From Malacoraja senta (lineage: Eukaryota): a stretch of 64,000 nt of DNA. A program made the position numbers and the translations under genes. Each line of letters begins with the position of its first letter. The stretch's first letter is position 1. Shown piece after piece: positions 11,498-24,439 of the stretch. The stretch spans positions 744,001-808,000 of the forward strand of contig JAXLNO010000438.1 in NCBI GenBank assembly GCA_038087875.1, read 5' to 3'. The notes below the pieces were generated by a model. The model saw only the letters and a list, made by a program, of their open reading frames with translations. It had not been told where the DNA came from and did not search any database.

Positions 11498-13637
11498 CAT
11501 AGATACATAGATACATAGAAAATAGGTGCAGGAGTAGGCCATTCGGCCCTTCGAGCCTGCACCGCCATTCAATATGATCATGGCTGATCATCCAACTCAG
11601 TATCCCGTACCTGCCTTCTCTCCATACCCCCTGATCCCTTTAGCCACAAGGGCCACATCTAACTCCGTCTTAAATATAGCCAATGAACTGGCCTCAACTA
11701 CCCTCTGTGGCAGAGAGTTCCAGAGATTCACCACTCTCTGTGTGAAAAAGTTTTTCCTCATCTCGGTCTTAAAGGATTTCCCCCTTATCCTTAAGCTGTG
11801 ACCCCTTGTCCTGGACTTCCCCAACATCGGGAACAATCTTCCTGCATCTAGCCTGTCCAACCCCATAAGAATTTTGTACGTTTCTATAAGATCCCCTCTC
11901 AATCTCCTAAATTCTAGCGAGTATAAGCCAAGTCTATCCAGTCTTTCTTCATATGAAAGTCCTGACATCCCAGGAATCAGTCTGGTGAACCTTCTCTGCA
12001 CTCCCTCTATGGCTATAATGTCCTTCCTCAGATTTGGAGACCAAAACTGTACGCAATACTCCAGGTGTGGTCTCACCAAGACCCTGTACAACTGCAGTAG
12101 AACCTCCCTGCTCCTATACTCAAATCCTCTTGCTATGAAGGCCAACATACCATTCGCTTTCTTCACTGCCTGCTGCACCTGCATGCCTACTTTCAATGAC
12201 TGGTGTACCATGACACCCAGGTCTCGCTGCACCTCCCCATTTCCTAATCGGCCACCATTTAGATAATAGTCTGCCTTCCCGTTTTTGCCACCAATGTGGA
12301 TAACCTCACATTTATCCACATTATACTGCATCTGCCAAACATTTGCCCACTCACCCAGCCTATCCAAGTCACCTTGCAGTCTCCTAGCATCCTCCTCACA
12401 GCTAACACTGCCCCCCAGCTTAGTGTCATCCGCAAACTTGGAGATGTTGCTTTCAATTCCCTCGTCAAGATCATTAATATAAATTGTAAATAGCTGGGGT
12501 CCCAGCACTGAGCCTTGCGGTACCCCACTAGTCACTGCCTGCCATTGTGAAAAGGACCCGTTTACTCCTACTCTTTGCTTCCTGTTTGCCAGCCAGTTCT
12601 CTATCCACATCAATACTGAACCCCCAATACCGTGTGATTTAAGTTTGTATCCTAATCTCTTATGTGGTACCTTGTCGAAAGCCTTCTAAAAGTCCAGATA
12701 CAACACATCCACTGGTTCTCCCCTATCCACTCTACTAGTTACATCCTCGAAAAATTCTATAAGATTCGTCAGACACGATTTACCTTTCGTAAATCCATGC
12801 TGACTTTGTCCAATGATTTCACCACTTTCCAAATGTGCTGCTATCCCATCTTTAATAACTGACTCTAGCAGTTTCCCCACTACCGATGTTAGACTAACTG
12901 GTCTGTAATTCCCCGTTTTCTCTCTCCCTCCCTTCTTAAAAAGTGGGGTTACGTTTGCTACCCTCCAATCCTCAGGAACTACTCCAGAATCTAAAGAATT
13001 TTGAAAAATTATCATTAATGCATCCACTATTTCTGGAGCTACTTCCTTAAGTACTCTGGGATGCAGCCTATCTGGCCCTGGTGATTTATCGGCCTTTAAT
13101 CCATTCAATTTACCCAACACCACTTCCCGACTAACCTGGATTTCACTCAGTTCCTCCATCTCCTTTGACCCGCGGCCCCCTGCTATTTCCGGCAGATTAT
13201 TTATGTCTTCCTTAGTGAAGACGGAACCAAAGTAGTTATTCAATTGGTCCGCCATATCCTTGTTCCCCATGATCAATTCACCTGTTTCTGACTGCAAGGG
13301 ACCTACATTTGTTTTAACTAATCTCTTTCTCTTCACATATCTATAAAAACTTTTGCAGTCAGTTTTTATGTTCCCTGCCAGTTTCCTTTCATAATCTATT
13401 TTCCCTTTCCTAATTAAGCCCTTTGTCCTCCTCTGCTGGTCTCTGAATTTCTCCCAGTCCTCTGGTATGCTGCTTTTTCTGGCTAATTTGTACGCAACAT
13501 CTTTTGCTTTGATACTATCCCTGATTTCCCTTGTTATCCACGGATGCACTACCTTCCCTGATTTATTCTTTTGCCAAACTGGGATGAACATTTTTTGTAG
13601 TTCATCCATGCAGTCTTTAAATGCCTTCCATTGCATC
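11498..13637 (-). mobile_element. Young 5'-truncated CR1 LINE (RT domain, C-terminus, 3' UTR, 8-bp repeat tail)
   Basis: KSPGPD, NYRPVSLTS, QHGF..KSCLTNL, GVPQGSVLGP, FADD, RGDLIETYKI. The tail reads (catagata)n on the + strand at 11498-11518. Confidence 0.96.
11597..13637 (-). pseudogene. CR1 ORF2 reverse transcriptase, 5'-truncated, one in-frame stop
   Basis: ORFs 12686-13750 and 11597-12613 share a frame. They are separated only by TAG at 12686-12688 in YLDF*KAFDKV. Codons upstream of ~13637 are flank read-through. Confidence 0.92.
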
Positions 13638-14351
13638 ATGTCCAGCATTGCAAGGAGAAGTTCAGTCTGCATGATAAAGACATCATCCAAGGTCAGGATC
13701 AAACCCAATTCGCTAATGCTGTGAGGTAGCAGCTCCATCAGCTCTGCCACTTATATGTATACGCCTGGGGTACTTGTTACTGGGTCACACACAGCAGATT
13801 ATCAGCAAGCCAAGTTATTGCTGCCTCAGTCCCATCACAGTACCAAAGGTGAGATTTTGTCAACTGTGCCGTGTACGAGAGAAGAAATAGTTTCTGGCAA
13901 CACTATTAATGGTAAGTCCTTTGACATTTCACTTCCTTCCAACCCTAAACAAACAAATACAGACATAGAAATCTAAAATCAGACTTAACCAAAAGTAAAA
14001 GAAAATGCTTAACTATTTTGGTGTGTGTGCCACACTTTGTGAATATGATGGTAAAACAATGGAAATAAAATAAAGTACCGTATTTCCCGGCAATGAAGAC
14101 GCACTTGCGTCGAAGACACACCCCCATTTTGATTTGCTAAGTTTTGAAAAAAGGCTGGCGGGATATAGAATTTCTCAAGCTCAAAAAAATAAAAATTAAA
14201 AATAAAAATAAAGAAAGTAACAATTCAATTTGCCCAAGGCTTCCAGATCTCCTCCATTCTGAATGACTGAATGGGTGGAGGGTGACAATAAGGTGGAAAG
14301 ATGGTGTGGAAAACGGGAGCACACCAGGACAAGTTGAATCAGTTGTGATCT

Positions 14352-14490
14352 GGGGTGGCAGATTGCAACCTTCACGTGGTCCGCCCTGTTTTGACGAATG
14401 CAATCAGCCTGGCGTGCACAATCAAATAAGATCAAATAGAACAAGTTGTCCTGCAACTTTAGGCTGTGCACGCCATACGCAAGAAGAAGA
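14352..14490 (+). mobile_element. Short 5'-truncated non-LTR tail with (AAG)n end (Vingi/RTE-X-like)
   Basis: 11-bp TSD agttgtgatct at 14341-14351 and 14491-14501. Ends cgcaagaagaaga, like the element at 27531-27718. Confidence 0.7.
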
Positions 14491-14837
14491 AGTTGTGATC
14501 TTATTGAATGACTATACTAGTTCAAGGGACCAATTGGGGGGGAGAGTTCCTTTCACAGTGTGTGGGGAGTCTGGCCCGGATCAGCACGGGCAGGAGCGTT
14601 GAGGAGGGGGTCGGGGATCATGCCAGCAACTCACTCACTCACCACTGCCGCGGCACTCTGGGCGCAGAGCCACCACATTGTGGCTGGGGAGGGAAGTAGC
14701 TCGGGTGGCTGCGAGCGGCCGCCACCTCAGCGCCTTCTGCTGGCCCGCTCACCTCTGGCAGTGCTCTTCACTTTACAGCCACTTCCCATCAGCTGCCAGC
14801 AATGAGGGATAGACTTGGCTATACCTCAGTACAGCAA

Positions 14838-16852
14838 GACAAAAATGCTTGAGAAACTCAGCGGGTGAGGCAGCATCTATGGAGCGAAGGAAATATGCAA
14901 CTTTTCAGGTCGAGACCCTTCTTCAGACTGATGTGTGGGTGGGGGTGGGGGGGGGGCGGGAAGAAGAAAGGAAAAGGCGGAGAGTGTGGGCTGAGGGAGA
15001 GCTGAGAAGGGGAGGAGAAAGCAGGGACTACCTGAAATTAGAGGTCAATGTTCATACCGCTGGGGTGTAAACTGCCCAAGCGAAATATGAGGTGCTGCTC
15101 CTCCAATTTACAGTGGTCCTCACTCTGGCCATGTAGGAGGCACAGGACAGAAAGGTCGGATTCGGAATGGGAGGAGGAGTTGAAGTGCTGAGCCACCGGG
15201 AGATCAGGTAGGTTATTGCGAATCGAGCGGAGGTGTTGGGCGAAGCGATCGCCAAGCCTACGCTTGGTCTCACCGATGTAGAGCAGCTGACACCTAGAAC
15301 AGAGGATGCAATAGATGAGGTTGGAGGAGGTGCAGGTGAACCTCTGCCGCACCTGGAAAGACTGCTTGGGTCCTTGAATGGAGTCAAGGGGGGAGGTAAA
15401 GCGACAAGTGTAGCATTTCCTGCGGTTGCAAGGGAAAGTGCCAGGAGAGGGGGTGGTTTGGGTGGGAAGGGACGAATTGACTAGGGAGTTAGGGAGGGAG
15501 CGGTCTCTGAGGAAAGCAGACAGGGGAGGAGATGGGAAGATGTGGCCGGTGGTGGGATCCTGTAGGAGGTGGCGAAAATGTTGGAGGATTATTTGTTGTA
15601 TGTGACGGCTGGTAGGATGGAAGGTGAGGACAAGGGGAACTCTGCCCTTGTTATGAGTGGGGGGATGGGGAGTGAGAGCAGAGTTACGGGGTATAGAAGA
15701 GACCCTGGTGAGAGCCTCATCTATAGTAGAAGAGGGGAACCGCTTTACAGCTACTTCCCATCAGCTGCCAGCAATGAGGGATAGACTTGTGATAGGCTGT
15801 AAATTGGAGAGCACTGCCAGAGGTGAGCGGGCCAGCAGAAGGCGCTGAGGTGGCGGCCGGTTCCCTGGTATGGAACACCTTATACTGGGTGCAGATGCGG
15901 CGTAGACGGAGGAAATGGGAGTAGGGGATGGAGTCCTTACAGGAAGCAGGGTGGGAAGAAGTGTAGTCCAGATAGCCATGGGAGTCAATGGGTTTATAGT
16001 GGATGTCGGTCAGTAGTCTATCACCTGTGATGGAGATAGTAAGGTCTAGAAATGGTAGGGAAATGTCGGAAATGGTCCAGGTGTATTTGAGTGCCGGATG
16101 GAAGTTAGTGGTGAAATGGATGAAGTCAGTGAGTTGAGTGTGGGTGCAGGAGGTAGCACCAATGCAGTTGTCGATGTAGTGGAGGTAGAGTTTGGGGATA
16201 GGGCCCTGGTACGCCTCGAACAAAGATTGGTCGGCGTACCGTACAAAGAGGCAGGCATAGCTACTGCCCATGCGCGTGCCCATAGCTACGCCTTGTATTT
16301 GGAGGAAATGGGAGGAGTCAAATGAAAAGTTGTTAAGGGTAAGGACCAGCTCCGCTAGACGGAGGAGAGTATCAGTAGACGGGGATTGGTTGATTCTGCA
16401 GTCGAGGAAGAAACGGGGAACAACACCTCCGCTCGGTTCGCATTAACCTACCTGATCTCCCGGTGGCACAGCACTTCCAACTCCCCCTCCCATTCCAAAT
16501 CCGACCTTTCTGTCCTGGGCCTCCTCCACGGCCAGAGTGAGGACGACCGTAAATTGGAGGAGCAGCACCTCATATTTCGCTTGGGCAGTTTACACACCAA
16601 CGGTATGAACATTGACTTCTCTAATTTCAGGTAGTCCCTCCTTTCTCCTCCCCTTCTCAGCTCTCCCTCAGCCCACTGTCTCCACCTCTTCCTTTTTCTT
16701 CCTGCCCCCTCCACCCTCACATCAGTCTGAAGAAGGGTCTTGACCTGAAACATTGCCTATTTCCTTCGCTCCATAGATGCTACCTCACCCGCTGAGTTTC
16801 TCCAGCATTTTTGTCTACCTTCGATTTTCCAGCATCTGCAGTTCCTTCTTAA
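14838..16852 (-). mobile_element. Penelope-like element (RT + GIY-YIG), 5'-truncated, with an inverted partial pLTR at ~16421-16852
   Basis: GIY-YIG ORF 15038-15352 (NLIYCILC..LYIGETKRRLGDRFAQH). RT ORF 15717-16283 (MGTRMG..YIDN, FLDLTI). 15-bp TSD acctcagtacagcaa at 14823-14837 and 16853-16867. Confidence 0.93.
15038..15352 (-). pseudogene. Penelope GIY-YIG endonuclease domain remnant
   Basis: LIY...C..C..YIGET.R.L..RF..H motif. Confidence 0.88.
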
Positions 16853-17789
16853 ACCTCAGTACAGCAATATCGTTCTTGATGTTGCTGTACTGAGGGATAG
16901 CCAAGTTTATCTTTCTTGGCTAACAACCTAACCTTCGGCCTCCAAGATACAGGTCAATTTTTGTGCCTTATTTTGGGGTAAAAAATAACGTCTTCATTGC
17001 CGGGCAATGCGGTAAATATTATTTAAATATTTTGTCTTTACTTAATAAATCAGGTAAAATGTTATTGCAGATATTTATTTCAAATATCTACATAAAAAAA
17101 TTAATAAAGTTCAATAGTTTTGAAACTGTACCTTTAAAGGATTATGAAGCATTCGGTGTTTTGGTATAGTTTCCCATTTAAGTGAGTTACACGTTTAGAT
17201 TGTGCACCAAATGGTTTGCATGGAAAATAGCCAACAAAATATGGAGGTTTTTGGCTAGACTGACCTGGAATCTGAATCTCTACCAAACTCCATTTTTGAG
17301 AAGGATGGCTGCATTTAAAGAACAATGGCATCATGCTGAGGGTACTGGTTACTGGGACACAGACAACAATTTAGTGTAGAGGAACGTGATCTGCGAGATC
17401 AAGTTATTGCAGTCAAGGTCACAACAATAAAGGTGGGATTTAGTCAAGTGGAAGGCAAAACCCACAGCTCTTGGCAAAGACATCACAGTATCGATTGTTA
17501 ACTGTTTTTAGAAATGTTACTGCTTTATGGCCATAACAAAATATTTGTATTGTTTTTATTCTCTTTCACCCATCAAGGTGAAGAATGTTGGTGCTCAGAA
17601 TAGAGCATCTTCTATTTCAAAATTAAATGATGCCAGGTTTAGGCCACCAGATATAGATACAAAATAAAGCTCCCTCTGCTCAGCCTCAATAAAGCACATC
17701 AGCACAAACCTTATGAGAAAAACAAGTTCTGTACTTATTTTATGTACTTTGTTAGCCATCCAGGTGTCATTTGTTAAGTGAATTTGTTA

Positions 17790-18255
17790 AGTGCCCAGGA
17801 GCGGAAAAGACTACAAAAAGTGGTAAACACTGCCCAGTCCATCATCGGCTCTGACCTCCCTACCATCGAGGGGATCTATCGCAGTTGCTGCCTCAAAAAG
17901 GCTGGCAGCATCATCAAGGACCCACACCATCCTGGCCACACACTCATCTCCCCGCTACCTTCAGGTAGAAGGTACAGGAGCCTGAAGACTGCAACGTCCA
18001 GGTTCAGGAATAGCTACTTCCCCACAGCCATCAAACTCAACTCAAACAAAACTCTGAACATTAATAGCCCATTATCTGTTTATTTTCACTATCGGTTTAT
18101 TTATTCATGTGTGTATATATTTATATAATGGTATATGGACACACTGATCTGTTCTGTATTCATGCCTACTATATTCTGTTGTGCTGAAGCAAAGCAAGAA
18201 TTTCATTGTCCTATCTGGGACACATGACAATAAACACTCTTGAATCTCTCTTGAA
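17790..18255 (+). mobile_element. Rex1/Babar-clade LINE 3' fragment
   Basis: ORF RKRLQKVVNTAQSIIG..IIKDPHHPGH..LPSGRRYRSL..RFRNSYFP. 3' end catgacaataaa plus cttgaa repeats. Confidence 0.85.
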
Positions 18256-18344
18256 ATGAGGAAAAAGGTTATATTGCAGGCCCTACACCATCAAAAGCTG
18301 GAATAACAATCAATTTTTGATGTTAGCACTGCTACATCAGTTCG

Positions 18345-18660
18345 ACGTATCAATTATAGTTCAGCATTCAACGCCATAATCCCATCCAAATTAATCTCCA
18401 AACTCCGGGATGTAGGAATCAGCTCCCCCATCTACAACTGGATCCTCGACTTTCTGACCCACAGACCTCAATCAGTGAGGATGGTTGACAACATCTCTTC
18501 CACAATAACTCTCAGCATCGGTGCCCCACAAGGATGCGTTCTCAGTCCCCTACAGGAAAGAGATGGAGAACTTAGTAACAAGACAACCTGTTGAGCGTCA
18601 GGACAACAACCTCTCTCTCAATGTCAGCAAGATGATGGAGTATTGTCCCAATCAGCATCA
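18345..18660 (+). mobile_element. Rex1/Babar RT fragment
   Basis: Translates [38 protein letters not shown]. Confidence 0.8.
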
Positions 18661-18671
18661 ATTATTGACTC

Positions 18672-19024
18672 AATCCCGACTACAGGTGCTGTCTGTACGG
18701 AGTTTTTACGTTCTCCCCATGAACACGTGGGTTTTCTCCGAGATCGGATTCTTTCCATACTCCAAAGACGTACAGATATGTGGGTAAATTTGCTAGGTAA
18801 ATGTAAAAATGTAAAAATTGTCCCCAGTGTGTGTAGGATAGTGTTAACATGCGGGAATCGCTGGTCGGCATGTCCTTGGTGGGTCGAAGGGCCTGTTTCT
18901 GCACTGTATCTCTAAACCAAACTAAACATACAAAGCCCGTACAGAGAGCGCCATAGTCAGGATCGAACCCGGGTCTCTGGCGCTGTGAGGCAATAACTCT
19001 ACCGCTGCACCACCGTACCGCCCA
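18672..19024. mobile_element. Two HE1/V-SINE-like tRNA-SINE pieces in opposite orientation (18672-18927 +, ~18930-19024 -)
   Basis: Homologous to the full copy at 36243-36555, with a (ctaaa)n-like tail. The B-box reads GGTTCGATCC on the minus piece. Confidence 0.85.
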
Positions 19025-20814
19025 TGCACTACAATGCTGACAACTATATTTCTGCACTTTGTATCTTCCCCTCTGCTCTACCTATTGTACTAGAGTTTGA
19101 CCTGATTGTATTTATGTATAGTATTAACTGATCTGATTGGCCATCATGCAAAATAAAGCTAATCCTGACTAATTCAAAATTTTCAATACAATTTTAAAGC
19201 ATTTTTCAAGCTGGTAGTAACAGTAATAAAATGTTTCATGGTATTCATTCATGGCTGCATGCAGTATCTGTACTACTATTTTAATTATTGTTAGTGTTAG
19301 GGTGATTATTCAATTAAATAAAATTCTAGCAAGTGCAGATAGAGTGATACAAAAGGGGTTACTATAGAAAACAAGACATTTCAATCTGATGGAGAAATCA
19401 GGTTATGGACAGTCATCAGCAAAGGAATCCTTCTATAATCCTGGGACTGTCTATAATCTTCCATAACAATGTTTCAGACTTTTTTTATTTTTCTCTCTTC
19501 AACGATCCTCTTCTTCATTTTAGAGTGTTATTTTGATTTCATGTAGTTATCTGAAAGCCATCGTATTGGATGCTGCCTTAGATACATTTGGAAAATTGAC
19601 TGCCATTCAGCATCACCCTCACCCATACTGCAGCAGTTCAAGAAGGCAGCTCACCACCACTTTCTCAAGGCCATTCAATGCCGGCTCAACCTGAGAAGCC
19701 CCCATCACTTGAATATATATTTTTAATATGATGGGTAAGCTTCCTAATAATAGAACCCTTACCTTATAATGTACTTGATAGTGATTCAGACAGCGGTTCA
19801 GTCTTATCACAGTCAAATTCTGCTGCTCTGTGGGATTTCTCAACAGGATCACAGCCTATAATTGCAAAGGGGAATCTTTACCTCTCTGTCTGTTCACTTT
19901 ACAGAAATATTAAATAATAATTGAAACTAAAATAAGACTATTGCATTATAAACCTATCTCACAGTGCTCTTTAAATGAAACACTTTAAGATACAGGATCA
20001 AACACTTGATATTGAGAACCGTTTTGAAATAACATCTGGTCTTTCTCACATGTACATGGGGTTAATGTATTGAACGCTAATGGATGCGCTGACATACACA
20101 ACATGCTTGACTTCTGGGATGCTTGCTATCAGGTAAAAGCTCTAAATCCCCTCCAGTTGGTATGTCCTTCCAATAGGGGTAGAGATTAATGTGCTTCCTG
20201 CTCCCCAACAGAAATGCCATTAAGCATTAAACACACATATGACCTGCAGACTGGCTTATCTGTTGCAAAGAAGCCTAATGGCTTGTGATTCTCCATACCA
20301 TCAGGGACTGTCATTGCTGCAGAAGTACTTTACTTCTACGTTAGCCTGTACTAATGGCAGTCAGTGCTTGCACTGAAATGGTGATTACGGAGGATGTTTC
20401 CTCTGGATTTCAAAGAGAGTGGAATGCTTCATCTAAAGTAATACACTTGAACTTCATAATTTAAATCATTTACATATGAAAGCCAAGTTTTAGTTTGCTC
20501 AATCCACATTTTACAAAGCTAACTAGATTATCAGTTAAAAACACATCTGTGGAAGGAAAATCACAGTCTCACTTTGCACACCACCCACTATCTTCCCTAG
20601 GATTTTAAACCAAAGCTATGCCCAGCGATCCATGGTGTCTTCCTCAGTTTATTCTTCCACATAGGCCAGTAAAACTCCAGGTTGCCTTTGATAATGATTG
20701 ACTGAAATTTTTAAACATTAAAGTTGCTAATGTGGTTCCAGCTAGACAGATACTAATTGTATTACTGTACTGGTGTGATAATTACCTATTTTAACTCCTG
20801 ATCTCTGATTGTTT

Positions 20815-21041
<227 letters not shown>

Positions 21042-21704
21042 GCAAAACACTAAAACATGGAGTTTGCCAGCAAAGCTCTTCAAACTTGAGCAAGTTGTGC
21101 CCAACAAAGAGACTCGAGCCTTAAATATTAACTTTGTTTCCCCTTCCACAGATGCTGATAGGCGTGCTGAATCTTTCCAGCAATTTCTGGTTTTGTTTAC
21201 GTTGGATAGAGGAGGCTGAAAGGGAAACAAGATCAAGACTTACAATTCTTTGTAATTTGCTTTGGAAGCTCGCATAAAGATAAGTTCCCTTGGCAATGCA
21301 CCATTGGCTGAGTACAAAAAACATCTGACTCAATTCTTCAGTAATTTCTGATTCTTAACAATTGCAACATGATCGGGGGGCATCAAGGGAGGGGGGAAAA
21401 AGGGAAAAGGCAAGTCATCTTCTGCTGTCCTGCCAAATATTGATGTGAACTATAAAGAGCAAAAAAGGACAGTGAACAAAAACTATTATTTTAATTCCAA
21501 ACAGTCTGCCAAATAATACCCTCCATCCAAGTGCATTGACTCTCATTCACATACATTAGGAAAAATACGTTGTGCTTTTAGTGAGCAATGACACTTGAGA
21601 TATAAAAGTAGCCTAAAATCTTTACCAAGATACCAAGAAACAATCACTTCCAAAGGAAATTTGAATCTTAATAAATGCTAATGACCATTCTTATTGTGTG
21701 GAAG

Positions 21705-22400
21705 ATAAGGTGCTGGAGTAACTCAGTGGGTCAGACAACAACTCTGGAGGACATGGATAGGTGACGTTTCAGGTTGGGACTCTTCCTCAAAGTGATTGCA
21801 GTAGAGGGGAAAAAGCAGGAAAAGAGGCTGGTATAGGATAAAGCCTAGTAAAAAAATGTGGATATGTATAGGAAGGAACTGCAGATGCCGATTTACACTG
21901 AAGATCGACACAAAATGCTGGAGTAATTGCAAGTCAGGAGGCATCTCTGGAGAAAAGGAATAGATGACGTTTTGGGCTGAGACCCTTCTTCAGCCTCCTT
22001 CGTCAGTAATACGTGGACACAGGTGTGGAAGGTTTTGATTGGCAGATGGTTGGACAAAGGCTGGAGATGAAATGGAGACAAAAGGGTGACAAAAGGAAAC
22101 TAGACAAAAAAGAGACAAAATAGTGTCAGATATGGAAAGAGGGATGTGTGAAATGTAATGCCAGGAGGAGGGATACAGGTGGGGGAAAAGGGGGGCATAG
22201 TAGTGGACAAAATTAATGCACACTAGGTTGGGGGGCACAGGAGAGAGAAGGGTGAAAATGGGGGTATTACCTAAAATTGGATGTCATTGTTCATACCATT
22301 GGGTTAAAAGCAGAATATGAGATGGTGTTCCTCCAGTTTGCGTGTGGCCTCACTCTGGCTATGGAGGAGTCCCAGGACTGAAAGATCAGTATGGGAAGGG
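21705..22400 (-). mobile_element. Degraded Penelope pLTR / endonuclease-end fragments
   Basis: gctggagtaactcag..gacgtttc..gacccttcttcag blocks. ctccagtttgcgtgtggcctcactctg matches 15100-15130. Confidence 0.75.
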
Positions 22401-23077
22401 TATGTGATCTTCTCTCTCCTAATTTAACAAGTTTTAAATGTAAAGTCCCCCCAGTATTCCATAACACATCACAATATTATTATTGCATACTTTATGAAAT
22501 AAACTAGGAAAATGCATGTACATTAAAAAAAATAACTACCATAGTTTAATGGTGATAATCATGATGCATTTAAAATCAAATCCATTAATTATTCCTGTTC
22601 TATGCAAGGTAGAAAAAAAACGAGAAAAATAACATCCTTTTTTTCCCGAAAAACAGCAATTAATTAAATCAGCACAAGTGCACAAAACTAGAGAAGGTGG
22701 AGCATTCAACCTATGGTCTGTTCACCTGCACTTAATTAATAGCAATGCCCTGCATGCTACTCTGTGTACAACCTTCATTTTGTAAAGGACATTTTGAAGC
22801 AGGTGACAAGTGTCATCTGTATTTGGTGTCAACTGTAGGAAAATAAAAAGGAAATAAACTTTCCACATCTCAACAAATAAAAGGGAAAAAAAACGTGACC
22901 ACTTTTCAGGTGCACTGTATTCTGGTGAGCACCTCGTAACATATTTCCACCCACGATGCCCTTACAACATTATGCAACAAAGCTCAAAACTTAATTGAGT
23001 CTGAAGAATTAATTAATTGGGATAAGATGTACCCTTGCGGGTGGAGGAAAGAGTCAAATAGCTCAAGCTGTGATTTA

Positions 23078-23199
23078 CAGCCACATCAGTAACGTTGCAT
23101 CCCTAACGGACCAGTTGCTGGTAACCAACAATATGATCTTGAATATGAACATTAATGAGCAACTGGTCCTTTAGGGATGCAACGTTACTGATGTGGCTG
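23078..23199. mobile_element. 122-bp MITE, probably Tc1/mariner type
   Basis: 42-bp inverted arms 23078-23119 / 23158-23199 with 1 mismatch. Flanks are TA on the left and CA on the right. Confidence 0.75.
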
Positions 23200-23257
23200 C
23201 AGCAAATTATGGATTTTGTAATAATATTCTAATTACAATGGAGAAATTAGGACGACA

Positions 23258-23541
23258 TAGCTGCTGCCTTACAGCGCCAGAGACCCGGGTTTGATACTGA
23301 CGACGAGTACTTGTCTGTACAGAGTTTGTACCTTCTCCCCGTGACCTGCATGTGTTTTCTCCAAGATCTTTGGTTTCCTCCCACATTACAAAGGCGTACA
23401 GGTTTGTAGGTTAATTGGCTTGGTATAAATGTAAAATTGTCCCTAGTGTGTGTAGTGTTAGTATGCGAGGATCGCTGGTCAATGTGGACTTGGTGGGCTG
23501 AAGGGTCTGTTTCTGCGCTGTATCTCTAAACTAAACTAAAT
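23258..23541 (+). mobile_element. HE1/V-SINE-like tRNA-derived SINE
   Basis: Matches 36243-36555 throughout; (ctaaa)n tail. Confidence 0.88.
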
Positions 23542-24439
23542 CTCACACATTGTTCTTTGCAGTGTTTCGGGTGGGAGCATTGCTCTCTGAATCTTCCAGC
23601 TGCTTATGGCTTTCCACATACAGCCATTCACCCCCAGCTTCTTTCAGCAACTTATCCTGTACAGTGTTCCCTCTGTTCATTCTCGCATTTGCGCTGCATT
23701 CCAAGGTAAATGCCCATTCATTTCTGAAAACACCTGGCTTGAATACAAGTTCTGAAGTCAGCAATGTTTCTTTCAACTCCTGCCACACCACCCTTGCAGA
23801 ATTTTGGAACCAGAATCAATTGTAGAAAACATTAAACAGTCATAGATTCATAGCCAGAAGAAATCATCTAACTACGAACCAATAATTAATGAACAATTAA
23901 CTTAAACATTGCTGGTGAGGACTATTTTAGTCACCGAGCTTCTGTTGAGCTGTGATATTATGAAAGGCGATTAATTGGAACACTAGGCTCCAAAGTTTCA
24001 GCACCAGCATTAAATCATAACCTGCTATCTCTACACATACTCTAGTACTTTTATCAATGAGGCAACAGTAAAGCACTCGAGAAATCATTACAGGTGCAAT
24101 AAATGCTATTTTGAAGTTTTAAAGTCAGTTGTAATGCCCCATAGTAATCTGCACGATTTCACTACTTTATCATTTATTTAGTCTTTGCACACATTTCATG
24201 TATGATAAACAGCATCCACCTTGCAATATAGTGGTTCTGATTGAGATTTTGAGTTGTTTATTATCTTATACACTGGCTTCCAATGAAATTCATTGTTCGC
24301 ACGACGCTCAGATACATGGTAATGAAAAACATAATTATAAATACAACAATGAGTACAAAACACTCAGAATGGTGCAAAGATTGCAGTGCAGTCTGAAGAT
24401 GTGCAAACAAAATCTAAATACCATAACATTTTAACCGAA

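Larger units (their letters stand above)
14078..17012. mobile_element. Non-autonomous Tc1/mariner-pogo-type DNA transposon hosting two nested insertions
   Basis: 24-bp TIRs ccgtatttcccggcaatgaagacg / cgtcttcattgccgggcaatgcgg with 2 mismatches. TA on both sides (14076-14077, 17013-17014). Confidence 0.87.

Noticed and set aside
13638..13750. N-terminal extension of the 354-aa CR1 ORF as a fusion gene
   Set aside because: Chance open frame in the flank beyond the CR1 truncation point. The ORF ends at a premature stop before most of the RT catalytic core.
22880..22920. Tc1-like terminal repeat (minus strand tacagtgcacctgaaaagt)
   Set aside because: No partner TIR found, so an element cannot be delimited.
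23543..23825. Overlapping open frames with AG/GT borders on both strands, as a host exon
   Set aside because: No recognisable product, weak splice context, and equally plausible on either strand.
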